From Promethearchaeota archaeon (GTDB taxonomy: Archaea; Asgardarchaeota; Lokiarchaeia; Sigyniarchaeales; SOKP01): DNA of 57,595 bases. The stretch's first letter is position 1. Every line of letters begins with the position of its first letter. Positions 1 through 9,771 of this stretch are shown in pieces. The stretch lies in assembly GCA_030603385.1 (NCBI GenBank), contig JAUVXW010000031.1, forward strand, positions 1 through 57,595, in the 5' to 3' direction. The position numbers were made by a program, and so were the translations under genes. Below the pieces are notes generated by a model, which saw only the letters and a list, made by a program, of their open reading frames with translations, was not told the origin of the DNA and did no database searches.

Positions 1-177
1 GCGTCATTCGGCTGTTATGGATGGAGTGGAGAATCAATAAAGCTCATAAAGGAACATTTAGAAAAGAGCGGTTTTTCTGTAATTAACGACGGTATACGCG
101 CTTTGTGGAACCCTGATGATGAAAGTATTGAAAAATGCGTAGAATTCGGCAGAGAAATTGCCAAAACAGCGAATTAA
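1..177 (+). CDS. 3' end of a flavodiiron protein (FprA-type flavodoxin domain), partial
   Basis: Frame 1 reads ASFGCYGWSGESIKLIKEHLEKSGF...WNPDDESIEKCVEFGREIAKTAN*. FGxYGWSGE is typical of FprA flavodoxin domains. Confidence 0.8.
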   Translation, partial: ASFGCYGWSGESIKLIKEHLEKSGFSVINDGIRALWNPDDESIEKCVEFGREIAKTAN

Positions 178-314
178 AGAATTTCCCTATATCTAATTTT
201 TTAATCTTTCAGTTTTTTTCTTTTATTAAAAGAGGGATGATTAGAGAATTTAGAAATCTAATGTTAGGTTGATATATATCTAAAGAACCAACATAAATAG
301 TCAATTAAATTATA

Positions 315-890
315 TTAAGGAAATTTATCATAATCTAAATTATGAGATTGCATTATTTTTTTGGTCATTTCTTTAAAACAATAGATGATATTCCTATTTT
401 CCTTTGAGGAGGTTTTTACGAAATCTTTTTCATTGTGTTTCTGTAGGAATTGTTCAATAATAAACTTATCAACTTTAAATTTTTTATCAACTCCTTGCAC
501 TAAATCATGTTTTGTTCCAATCAAAGTTTTAGGTCGATCGTGGACGTTAAAATTTGTTAAATTATCATACCACCAATCTAGTTTAATAAGAGTTTCCATA
601 TTTAATAAATCAAAAACTAGAAATATTCCATTCGCTCCGTTGACATAATAACTAAATAATGTTTTAAATTGTTCTTGCCCCCCAAAATCCCAGATTGAAA
701 GTCGAGCAAAAACTTCATCTCCTTTAACTACAACAGGGATGTCATACGTATAAAAATCTATTCCAACAGTCAATTGGGTCTTTGCATTAAAAGTATTAAA
801 ACATAGTCTTCGAGCGATACAAGTCTTTCCAACACCACCGCTACCAATTAAACAAATTTTAAAGATATAACGAGGTTGTATATGTTCCAT
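315..890 (-). CDS. Rab-like small GTPase
   Basis: G1 GSGGVGKT, G2 TVG, G3 WDFGGQ, G4 TKHD, G5 SSK. ATG at 890 preferred over GTG at 905. No C-terminal prenylation cysteines. Confidence 0.9.
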   Translation of the reverse strand: MEHIQPRYIFKICLIGSGGVGKTCIARRLCFNTFNAKTQLTVGIDFYTYDIPVVVKGDEVFARLSIWDFGGQEQFKTLFSYYVNGANGIFLVFDLLNMETLIKLDWWYDNLTNFNVHDRPKTLIGTKHDLVQGVDKKFKVDKFIIEQFLQKHNEKDFVKTSSKENRNIIYCFKEMTKKIMQSHNLDYDKFP

Positions 891-1108
891 TATTCTTCTC
901 AACACACACTATGTACTGGCAAATATTAAGTTTGTAAAATCGATTTGCACTCTTATTTAAACAATTATTTTTACTTATATAACTCAATAGAAATAAAACC
1001 ATTATTTATATGTTTTAGAATTAGAAACATAATTCAGAAATTTATATTATTTAACTAACTCTACATATAAAATTATTTGTAAGATTTAATTAGAGTAATA
1101 TTATATTT

Positions 1109-1642
1109 TTACATTTGCTCTCTATTTTTAAATAGGTTAATTGAATAATCCACAATTTCTTTTGCAGCTTTCTCGTTTTTCCATTCTTTAAATTTAACCC
1201 ATTTATGTGGTTCCAATCTTTTATATGTTTCATAGAATTCTTGAATTTCCTTTAATCTATGTTTATGGACATCTTGAATATCCGTATACCCACTAAATCT
1301 TGCATCGTTAACTAAAACAGAGAGAATTTTCGGGTCATCTCCATGTTCATCCTCAATAATCAAGGCTCCAATCACCCGAACTTTCACAATACATCCAACT
1401 TCTAATGGTTCATAACTTAATACCATAATATCAAGAGGATCATTGTCATCTGACCATGTTTGAGGTACAAATCCATACTCCACAGGAAATATAACAGAAG
1501 AAGGAATAATTCGATCTAAAACAAAAGCCTCCCACTCATGTTTATACTCATACTTGTCTCTTGAACCGCTAATAACTTCAATTACTGCATTTAAAATAAC
1601 TGGTGGGTCATCTCCAGGAGGTATATCTTTCCATAAATCCAT
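1109..1642 (-). CDS. ppa: Family I inorganic pyrophosphatase
   Basis: KYEY, LDR, YGFVPQT, DNDPLD, DPKI motifs. Confidence 0.95.
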   Translation of the reverse strand: MDLWKDIPPGDDPPVILNAVIEVISGSRDKYEYKHEWEAFVLDRIIPSSVIFPVEYGFVPQTWSDDNDPLDIMVLSYEPLEVGCIVKVRVIGALIIEDEHGDDPKILSVLVNDARFSGYTDIQDVHKHRLKEIQEFYETYKRLEPHKWVKFKEWKNEKAAKEIVDYSINLFKNREQM

Positions 1643-1682
1643 AATTATATTAATTCAAATAAATTTTTTAAAAATTGTGATA

Positions 1683-2273
1683 TTATAACTTTTTAACTAA
1701 TAATTCTCCTTTCCCTATTGGCACTATAAGGGCATCTACACGCTGATCAGTTAATGCTTTATCCAACATAGGTTTTAAAGTTTCATAATGATTAATTGCA
1801 TTGTCGGCAATCAATATACCTCCTTTAACCATATTTGGAATTACTAGGTCATAACATTCTTCATATACTTCTTTTTCGGCATCTAAAAAACAAAAAGCAA
1901 TATTTTTATAATCTTTTAAACAATTTCTCGCATCACCTTCAATTAATTCAATATAATCTTCCATATCTGTTTCTCTAAAGGTTTCTTTTGCTAAATTAAT
2001 CTTTTCTTTTAATATTTCAAAGGTAGTTATTTTAGTTCCGATTAATTTGCAAGCAAGGGCAATCCACAGAGTTGAATAACCTGCACTAGTACCTATTTCA
2101 ATAAATTTTCCTTTTGGAGCAGAAGCCGCTAATATTGAAAGAAATTTACCAGTTTCAGGGGGTATTTGACGTAATCTTTTTAATCGTGGAGTTCCATCAT
2201 TTCTATCCTTTGAATCAATTTCTTCTAGATATTCCATCCTCTTTCTTATATTATCAGGTAAATTATGAAACAT
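1683..2273 (-). CDS. SAM-dependent O-methyltransferase
   Basis: [23 protein letters not shown]. Confidence 0.9.
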   Translation of the reverse strand: MFHNLPDNIRKRMEYLEEIDSKDRNDGTPRLKRLRQIPPETGKFLSILAASAPKGKFIEIGTSAGYSTLWIALACKLIGTKITTFEILKEKINLAKETFRETDMEDYIELIEGDARNCLKDYKNIAFCFLDAEKEVYEECYDLVIPNMVKGGILIADNAINHYETLKPMLDKALTDQRVDALIVPIGKGELLVKKL

Positions 2274-2299
2274 TTTGCTCTTTTTTTAAATTTTCCTCC

Positions 2300-3202
2300 T
2301 TACCGTAAATCAGGGATTACATCTTTAGCTATTAATTTGATATTTTCGATTTGTTTTAAATCGAAGAAAGGGAAATATATAATAAATTCATTAATCCCAA
2401 TTTCTTTGTATCGATTTATTACATTCCGAAAATTTTCTTCGGAATCAAGGATTGTCCTTCCATGTCGGCTATAGAATAATAAAGAACGTCGCAACGTTTC
2501 TGGATTTCTTCCAATTTCATCACAATATTTTTCCATAAGTTCTACTCGCTTTTTAGTGTTTTCAAGAATCTTTTCTGCGGGAGTACGCCAGTCTTCGGAT
2601 CCAAAAGAATTCCAGGTATCAGCATACTTCGCTGCAATTTTCAGCATAGATTTCCGCATTGCTGCAATTACTAAAGGTGGTCGGGGTTTCTGAATTGTCT
2701 GTGGATTCATTGTTGCTTCATTTAATTTATAAAACTTCCCATTATAACTAGATACATCGTGACGTAAGAGTCTGTCAATTACCTCTATTTGATCTTTGAA
2801 CCGTTCAGCTCTTTCTGATCCAACCCAATCTTCAATTCCTAACATATTATGAACAGGATCTCTACTTCCACCTGTGCCCAACCCTAATTCTAATCTTCCA
2901 TTTGATATATGATCAACTGTAAGTGCTTGTCTTGCTAGCACAGCGGGCCTACGTAATGGCATGGAAGAAACTAAAGTCCCTATCCTAATTCTTTCAGTAA
3001 CTACAGCTAATGAAGCAAGAAGCGTCCATGACTCAAGCCAATGGCCAGTATGATTTACGGGATCAGTGAAATGGTCTGCTAACCAGACGCTATCAAATCC
3101 TAGACTTTCTATAAGTTTCCAACGTTCAACTTCCTTTTCCCAAGGAAGGTTTTGGATAGTTAATACACCAAATCGTATTGTATTTTTCATAATTAATCCC
3201 AT
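2300..3202 (-). CDS. LLM-class (luciferase-like) flavin/F420-dependent oxidoreductase
   Basis: GFDSVWLADH, RIRIGTLV, TVDHISNGRLELGLG, AAKYADTWN. Confidence 0.92.
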   Translation of the reverse strand: MGLIMKNTIRFGVLTIQNLPWEKEVERWKLIESLGFDSVWLADHFTDPVNHTGHWLESWTLLASLAVVTERIRIGTLVSSMPLRRPAVLARQALTVDHISNGRLELGLGTGGSRDPVHNMLGIEDWVGSERAERFKDQIEVIDRLLRHDVSSYNGKFYKLNEATMNPQTIQKPRPPLVIAAMRKSMLKIAAKYADTWNSFGSEDWRTPAEKILENTKKRVELMEKYCDEIGRNPETLRRSLLFYSRHGRTILDSEENFRNVINRYKEIGINEFIIYFPFFDLKQIENIKLIAKDVIPDLR

Positions 3203-3447
3203 TTATGATATTTCTATAACTTAATCTAATAAAAGATACAAGTTAGAAATACTTGATCCACTTAAATGCATTATGATGCAAATAATGAGGTAGTAGTTAA
3301 AAATCAAGCAATCGGTAATATATCTTGAAAATGAGCATTAAGAATAATCGATTTTTTTTGGAAATTTTTGTTAAGTAGGAGATTTATATCATCATCTATT
3401 GAATAAATAAGTATAACAAAATAAAAAAGAGAAAAATAGATATTTAA

Positions 3448-3540
3448 TTATAGGTCTTTCAATCCAAATTTATATTTTTTTGGATTTGAAAAATAGTCTG
3501 CTAGAGTTGCTTCCAACCCTTTATCAACTTTTTTTGACAT
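3448..3540 (-). CDS. Candidate 30-aa small protein MSKKVDKGLEATLADYFSNPKKYKFGLKDL
   Basis: ATG..TAA ORF read by hand. AAGGT lies shortly upstream and a T-rich tract follows the stop. Confidence 0.55.
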   Translation of the reverse strand: MSKKVDKGLEATLADYFSNPKKYKFGLKDL

Positions 3541-3749
3541 TTTTTAACCTTAATTTTTAATTTTTTTATCTAATTTAATTTGGATAAAATAACATATATA
3601 GTTTAACATCGGAGACTTTCCGCTAAGTTCGAACTAAAAAGAAAGCTTTAAGATTAATTAGAAAACTTTAATGGTAAAACCTCTTCTTTTTGAAGATTGC
3701 TGATTTAACATGAAAAATTGGAATTAAATACAACCGTAAATTTTGTATT

Positions 3750-4862
3750 CTAAGTTTGAGATAATAATTCTATTAAGGCTCTAGGGATTTCTTTATAATC
3801 ATTCACAGCATAGAATTTTCCTCTACCCGCTTTTGCTATTTCCTGACATGTTTTAATACCTTGAGTCGCATCATTTTCCGCTGGCATTCCTATAACATGT
3901 AGTTTTGGATATTTTTTAGCAATTTCAACTGGATCTCCACCTCTATTAAAATTACCATCAGATATAAGAATTCCAAAACGACTTTTCCTATTTTCTCTAG
4001 TTTTATTCAGTTCTTTTAATCCTTTTTCTAAACCAATTTGGATATTTGTAAAACCTACTGCTTCTGAATCTAATATTTCATCAATAATCTTAATAACTGG
4101 ATTTTTTTGATTAATACTTTTTAGGATCATTGCGGTTGAATTGAATAATATTATGGCATAATCCTCTTTTTCTAGATTGTAAGCTAAAACGGAGCTTGTA
4201 AGGGCAGCATTCAATAATAGACGACCATACATGCTTCCACTTGTATCTAAAATTAACACAACTTTTCGTTTTTGACGCTTTCTTACGACTCCATATATAT
4301 CTTTATAACTCAAACTTTTTTCATAAATTTTCAATGGATTATGTTGGATTGTCTCATCCAGACTGAATTCAGGCATTCCAATCTTGTATAAAGGAACAGC
4401 TTTCTTGAATTGCCCCCTTATTCCTTTACTAGTTATTTTTAATGATAATTTTAAAATACTTTGACGAGCTAAACGTCTAAAAATTGATTTAAATTTTCCT
4501 GAAATAGGACGCCTAATGAAAAAGTAAATCTCTGGCATGAAATCTCCAGCTTCTTTGGCTTTTTCCGAGAAAAACTCAACACCTTCTTCTGTGTCAAGAA
4601 TATCTGTCGCAGCATACACATTTGATTTGAGTAAACCCATTATTGCTTCAAGATTCTTGTGTTGTATTGCTAGGTAGGTCATATTTTTGATGGTTTGATA
4701 ATCAAGAGTGTTGGAGAGGTGTTTATAATAGTCCGGTTTCTTTCTTTTTTTCCGAATTATTTCATACTCTAAAATTTCTTTATCCGGTCGACTTTCAGTA
4801 AGTCTAACATGCAGTCTCTTCTCAATCTCGTCGGAATCCTCCTCAGAGAAATCATCGATTAT
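3750..4862 (-). CDS. vWA (MIDAS) domain protein, partner of the MoxR ATPase; 5' end uncertain
   Basis: MIDAS DTSGS and ISDG. First ATG at 4682, but the frame stays open to 4874 with ATA (4862) and ATC (4859) overlapping the MoxR stop. Confidence 0.8.
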   Translation of the reverse strand: MIDDFSEEDSDEIEKRLHVRLTESRPDKEILEYEIIRKKRKKPDYYKHLSNTLDYQTIKNMTYLAIQHKNLEAIMGLLKSNVYAATDILDTEEGVEFFSEKAKEAGDFMPEIYFFIRRPISGKFKSIFRRLARQSILKLSLKITSKGIRGQFKKAVPLYKIGMPEFSLDETIQHNPLKIYEKSLSYKDIYGVVRKRQKRKVVLILDTSGSMYGRLLLNAALTSSVLAYNLEKEDYAIILFNSTAMILKSINQKNPVIKIIDEILDSEAVGFTNIQIGLEKGLKELNKTRENRKSRFGILISDGNFNRGGDPVEIAKKYPKLHVIGMPAENDATQGIKTCQEIAKAGRGKFYAVNDYKEIPRALIELLSQT

Positions 4863-5731
4863 TGAAAATCTGATTTATTTAAAACAGCTAAAACGATGCT
4901 AGATATTATCTCTTTTTTGGATTGAGTAAGCCCATCCTCTAATTCGATTTTATTGTATAAGGCCATTACAGCCGCTTCAACCCAATTGCTTGAGCTATCA
5001 GAATTATCATATTGATTTATTAATGTAGCCAAATCAATGGCACCTCTAATTGAACTCCCTCTTCGGATTGAAATTGTCTCTCTAGTAGCTTGGATAACAT
5101 TTTGAGATATCTTTGTTATTTTTTCCGAGTTTATTTTCGCTTCCTGTTCGATTATTTGAATTTCATCTTCTGGATTTTGATAATCTAAATTAATCCATAT
5201 GAATCGATCGACTAAAGCCTCACCTAAAACAGTAACTCCAACATGTGCAGCAGGATTTTGGGTTGCAACGACAAAAAAATCTCTGTGAGCTTTAATTGTT
5301 TTTAATTTAGGGATTTCGAGTATACCCTCATCTAGAGCAGTTAATAATGAATTTTGTGTGTTTTCTGGCATTCTATTTATTTCATTTATAAATAGACATC
5401 CTCCATTAAGCATTGCTAAAGCTAAAGGTCCGTTTTTATAAGAATCTTCGTTGTATCCTTTAGCAATCACGAGAGGAGGTTCATAATAACCTACAAGATT
5501 ATGAGGTAGTAATTCTTCGCTACAATCGACTCTATAAAAATTGGAATCGTTAGATCCATAATATTCAGCGATAGATTTAGCCAGTGTAGTTTTTCCGACA
5601 CCCACATTCCCTTCTAATAAAATATTCTTACCTACTGAATGAGCTAATACAATTTGTCTTAGTTCTTCTGTTCTACCTATGATTTTAAAATTTTCTTGTA
5701 TTTCTGACACTATGCTGGTCGTATCAACCAT
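4859..5731 (-). CDS. MoxR-family AAA+ ATPase
   Basis: Walker A GNVGVGKT, Walker B-like FINEINR, ATQNP, EALVDRF. Confidence 0.9.
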   Translation of the reverse strand: MVDTTSIVSEIQENFKIIGRTEELRQIVLAHSVGKNILLEGNVGVGKTTLAKSIAEYYGSNDSNFYRVDCSEELLPHNLVGYYEPPLVIAKGYNEDSYKNGPLALAMLNGGCLFINEINRMPENTQNSLLTALDEGILEIPKLKTIKAHRDFFVVATQNPAAHVGVTVLGEALVDRFIWINLDYQNPEDEIQIIEQEAKINSEKITKISQNVIQATRETISIRRGSSIRGAIDLATLINQYDNSDSSSNWVEAAVMALYNKIELEDGLTQSKKEIISSIVLAVLNKSDFQ

Positions 5732-5843
5732 AAATTTAAGAATTATTCCTTTCTAAAATAATTTTAGTTTATAAGATAATGCATTAAGACATAAAAACAG
5801 GAATATCTTATAAATTAAATAAGGGGGTTCTTTTTATTAATTC

Positions 5844-6860
5844 ATGGAAGAAAAATCTTATAAATTACTCTATATCATTGGATTAATTTCCAGTTCTATA
5901 ATAATGCTTTGGGTTTTTATTTTTGGAATCCTAACTTTAAACATCACTTTCCTTATCTTTTTTTGGGTTATTATGTTTCTCTCTGGTTTTGGGTTGATCT
6001 TAGGCATTGCAAATGGATTTTTGCTTCTCATGGATAAATTTAGCGGTAAACTCAAGAAAAAAAGTACAAAATCTTTAATTGTTGTTGAAATAATAATCCC
6101 TACAATTTTAATTGGCTATGCAATCTACAAAATATTTTCAAGTTACTTCCAAGCCACAGCGGTGACTCAAGAAGGGATATGGTTTTGGATGGATAAGATT
6201 CTCTATATCTATGGAATTGTTTCTTTACTTTTGAATCTTTATATTTTACCTTTAGCTAGTGAGCAATTTCAAAAAGCAGTGGAGTTGGGAAAATTAACTT
6301 TTTGGAAAAAGAAAGCAAAAAAAGTAGCAAGGGAAATTAAGAAGAAATATTTTTCTTTAAGAAAAGAATTTGCAAAAGCTCAAGTACAGGATCAAATGAC
6401 GGTAAAGGAAATATTAGATCTATGGCGTAATAAATTTGCGATAAATGTTTTATTAGTTTTAGCAATTGGGTCTTTGATATTCACTCCTATCGCTTTTATT
6501 TGTGTTATGTATTGGTTACATCTATATGTATTTTATAGAATTCAAACTAGATCTTGGGAGAAAGTGATTCTGTTAGTAGGAATAATATGGATTGGATTAA
6601 TAGCTGTAGTTTCTCCATTTCTACCATTTTTAAATTTACAGATTTACGAAACTATCGATCCCTATTTCTGGACTGTTAATGTATTTTATTTGGTTGGAAT
6701 TTTGGTGGCAACTTATATTTTTATCAAAAAATTGCTTAACTTGCAAGGTATTACTATAACTGCTTTAAGAATGAGAAGTAAGGATAAGAAAATTCAAAAA
6801 CTTAAAGAAGAAAAAGAAGAATTAGAAAGACAATTAAAAGAAAAAGACTCTAATATTTAG
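5844..6860 (+). CDS. Multi-pass membrane protein with basic loop and C-terminal coiled coil
   Basis: Several hydrophobic segments; tail KIQKLKEEKEELERQLKE. Confidence 0.75.
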   Translation: MEEKSYKLLYIIGLISSSIIMLWVFIFGILTLNITFLIFFWVIMFLSGFGLILGIANGFLLLMDKFSGKLKKKSTKSLIVVEIIIPTILIGYAIYKIFSSYFQATAVTQEGIWFWMDKILYIYGIVSLLLNLYILPLASEQFQKAVELGKLTFWKKKAKKVAREIKKKYFSLRKEFAKAQVQDQMTVKEILDLWRNKFAINVLLVLAIGSLIFTPIAFICVMYWLHLYVFYRIQTRSWEKVILLVGIIWIGLIAVVSPFLPFLNLQIYETIDPYFWTVNVFYLVGILVATYIFIKKLLNLQGITITALRMRSKDKKIQKLKEEKEELERQLKEKDSNI

Positions 6861-6862
6861 AT

Positions 6863-6892
6863 AATTCAATGGAAGGCATTGAATTTTTTTTT
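6863..6892 (+). terminator. Hairpin plus U-tract terminator
   Basis: Perfect 9-bp stem AATTCAATG-gaagg-CATTGAATT followed by a T run, directly after the stop at 6860. Confidence 0.65.
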
Positions 6893-7034
6893 CACAAAAT
6901 TTTAAATTTTTGATAGGAATGACCCTAATGATTATCTTATGAAAATTTAGATTATATTTCAATCTTTTTGCCTTCTCTAACTCATCTTCAACCAAAAACG
7001 ACGATCTTATAAAAATAAAGAGAAGTAAAAAAAA

Positions 7035-7952
7035 TTAATCTATAGAAAGTTTGGCTTGTTCTTCTTCTTTTAACTCCATTACTACAATAGAAGTTGTTCG
7101 TTTCCACAATTTCAATGAAATTATACCAACTGAAATTAGTATACTTGGATATATTATTATTTCTAGCAAAGAAGGATTCGCATTATAGCCAAATAATGCT
7201 TTTAACAGCGACCCAACAATTTCAAGCCATTCTGGGGTTAATGGATTACCATCAGGAAATTTTTCAGGTAATATATGTTTAATATTCCATACTTCTTGGA
7301 TGATTGGATTTACTACTCCAGCCTCTATTAATTCATGAATTCCATATGTAATTAAGCCAGCAACAAACAAAATAAGAATAACATTGGTTACTTTAAAGAA
7401 CTTCGTTAAATTTATGCTTTTAACTCTATAGTAAATTAATAATCCTAAACCGACTGAAATACCAAGACCAGTTAAAGAACCTAGTATGACATCAACCTGA
7501 TTCAGAGAGCCAACAGAAGTTGCTCCTGTGAGTAAAAGAATTAATTCGATTCCTTCACGAATGATAATTATGTATGTAAGAATTACTAATGAAAAAACTC
7601 TTCCAGACTCAATTGAAAACTCAACCTTTTCTTCTAAATGTTTCTTCATTTTAGGTCCCTCCTTACTCATCCACAACACTAAAGTCACTACAAAAATTCC
7701 CGAAGTAATGAAAGCAACACCTTCAAAGATTTGTTCCGCTGGACCAGAAAATCCTCCAAATAAAGCTGTAAATACAATCGCAAAAATAATACTTGAGAGG
7801 ATAGCTAAAACACTTCCGATATAGACATACTTATAATAAAATCGCTGATCAGTATTTTTTAAATATAAGAGTATTATAACTATTACTAATACTGCTTCTA
7901 TTCCTTCTCGAAATGCCAGAAAAATTGGAACCATTAGATCTACAAACGACAA
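7035..7952 (-). CDS. FTR1-family iron permease
   Basis: Two REGxE motifs (FREGIEA, IREGIEL), GIHELIEAG, LFGY. Confidence 0.92.
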   Translation of the reverse strand: MSFVDLMVPIFLAFREGIEAVLVIVIILLYLKNTDQRFYYKYVYIGSVLAILSSIIFAIVFTALFGGFSGPAEQIFEGVAFITSGIFVVTLVLWMSKEGPKMKKHLEEKVEFSIESGRVFSLVILTYIIIIREGIELILLLTGATSVGSLNQVDVILGSLTGLGISVGLGLLIYYRVKSINLTKFFKVTNVILILFVAGLITYGIHELIEAGVVNPIIQEVWNIKHILPEKFPDGNPLTPEWLEIVGSLLKALFGYNANPSLLEIIIYPSILISVGIISLKLWKRTTSIVVMELKEEEQAKLSID

Positions 7953-8021
7953 AAAAATTATCTCTTAACTTTATTTTTTATAAATTATCATGATGGACCT
8001 ATTATTTTGCTTATTTAAACG

Positions 8022-8035
8022 TTAGGGTTATCTAA
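8022..8035. promoter_or_regulatory. DtxR/SirR-type operator upstream of FTR1
   Basis: TTAGGGTTATCTAA matches TTAGGTTAACCTAA at 11/14. It lies just upstream of a minus-strand TATA-like TTTAAATA at 8012-8019. Confidence 0.55.
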
Positions 8036-8266
8036 TATTAAGAAAACTTTCTCTTAATATATAAGAGATTTATATTAATTTTCAGTAATCCTTAATTATA
8101 AGACCAAACTTAAATATTATCTTATAAGAATTTTATGAAGAGGCTTGATAATAAAACATAAAGAGAGGAATGATTAACAATTCTTTTTTTTTACTCCTAA
8201 TTTGAATTTATTTTGCTGTGTCGACCAGATTAAAGGTTTTTAAACCTTGAAACAAAAATACTATTT

Positions 8267-9763
8267 ATGGAAAAATCAAATATTATTGAAACGAAAACCG
8301 GAAAAATCCAAGGGTATAAAGAAGAAGGCTTGGAAATATTTAAGGGAATCCCATTTGCAGAACCCCCTATTGGGAAATTACGCTTTTCTCCACCTGTTAG
8401 CAAACAATCATGGGAGGGGGTACTTAATACCACTGAATATGGACCTTGTTCATTTCAAGGACATTCTGAGCTTGAACAATATCTCGGTAAACTTGAACCT
8501 GAGAGTGAAGATTGTTTATCGCTTAATATCTGGACTCCAGCAGCAGACGGTGGAAAACGCCCAGTAATGTTTTGGATTCATGGAGGGGCTTTCATGATGG
8601 GAGGCGGGACGGATCCAATGTACGATGGCTCAGCTTTAGCTCTTAGAGGTGATATTGTAGTTGTCACGATTAATTATAGACTTGGATCCTTTGGTTTCTT
8701 GTTTAGTAAAGGTATACCACCAAACTTAGGGTCTCAAGATCAATTGATGGCTCTAAAATGGGTAAATGAGAATATCGGGTCTTTTGGCGGTGATCCTGCG
8801 AATATTACCATTTTTGGAGAATCTGCGGGAGGATATTCTGTTCTTGCTTTATGTACCATGTCAAACGCAAAGGGATTCTTTCGCAGAGTTATTGCTCAGA
8901 GTGCCCCTTATATTGACACAAATGTTAGCAATAAAATATCTAAGAAAATATTAAGGAAACTCCGCATTAAAGAAGGCGATATTGATTCGTTACGAGAAGT
9001 TCCACCGGAAAAAATCATTGAGGCGCAAAATCAAGTTACAGCTTCAGAACCTACGGATGTCATGGCCTTAAGGCCCTTAATCATTGAAGATACATTCCCA
9101 AAACATCCTTTAAAAGCATTTTTAAACGGAGAGTGTGCTAATATTGATTTCATGATTGGTACTAATCTTGAGGAATTTAAATTATATACAGCTATGGAAC
9201 CTTTTAAATCGATGATTGGAAGTGAAGTTGAAAAATTATTAGTTGGTTTTATGGGCATGATGGGGATAGAAACAAAAAAATGTGAGGAAATAATAAAAAC
9301 ATATAAAGAAGCAAGAGAAGGAAAATATTCCACAGAACCAATTGAAGTGTTCACGGCTGTTGTGACAGATTTTGTATTCCGCATCCCTACGATACGCCTA
9401 CTTGAGGCTCAGAAATCTCATCAGCCTAACACATACAATTATTTGTTTAGCTGGCCTTCACCCGGATTAGATGGAATTTTAGGGGCTTGTCATTCTCTCG
9501 AGATACCATTCGTATATGGTACATTAAATTCCCCAACATTAAAAGAATTTGTAAGTGGAGCACCTAAAGAGTTATCAGAAAAGATGATGGATGCTTGGAT
9601 TAGCTTTGCGAAAACAGGTAATCCAAATCACGGAAATATTCCAAATTGGCCTGCTTATGATATTGAAACGCGTGCAACAATGATTTTTGATGAAGAATGC
9701 AAAGTGGGGAATACGCTTTTTGATAGAGAACGGGTAGCTTGGGATGGTTTGTTGGAAATTTAA
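8267..9763 (+). CDS. Carboxylesterase type B (PnbA-like)
   Basis: SEDCLSLNIW, HGGAF, FGESAGG nucleophile elbow, GACHSLEI. Confidence 0.95.
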   Translation: MEKSNIIETKTGKIQGYKEEGLEIFKGIPFAEPPIGKLRFSPPVSKQSWEGVLNTTEYGPCSFQGHSELEQYLGKLEPESEDCLSLNIWTPAADGGKRPVMFWIHGGAFMMGGGTDPMYDGSALALRGDIVVVTINYRLGSFGFLFSKGIPPNLGSQDQLMALKWVNENIGSFGGDPANITIFGESAGGYSVLALCTMSNAKGFFRRVIAQSAPYIDTNVSNKISKKILRKLRIKEGDIDSLREVPPEKIIEAQNQVTASEPTDVMALRPLIIEDTFPKHPLKAFLNGECANIDFMIGTNLEEFKLYTAMEPFKSMIGSEVEKLLVGFMGMMGIETKKCEEIIKTYKEAREGKYSTEPIEVFTAVVTDFVFRIPTIRLLEAQKSHQPNTYNYLFSWPSPGLDGILGACHSLEIPFVYGTLNSPTLKEFVSGAPKELSEKMMDAWISFAKTGNPNHGNIPNWPAYDIETRATMIFDEECKVGNTLFDRERVAWDGLLEI

Positions 9764-9771
9764 ATTTTTCT

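Noticed and set aside
315-890. Rab-like GTPase as a novelty
   Set aside because: Such GTPases are abundant and well described in Asgard archaea.
3266-3328. 20-codon ORF MHYDANNEVVVKNQAIGNIS
   Set aside because: Very short, with no SD or other support.
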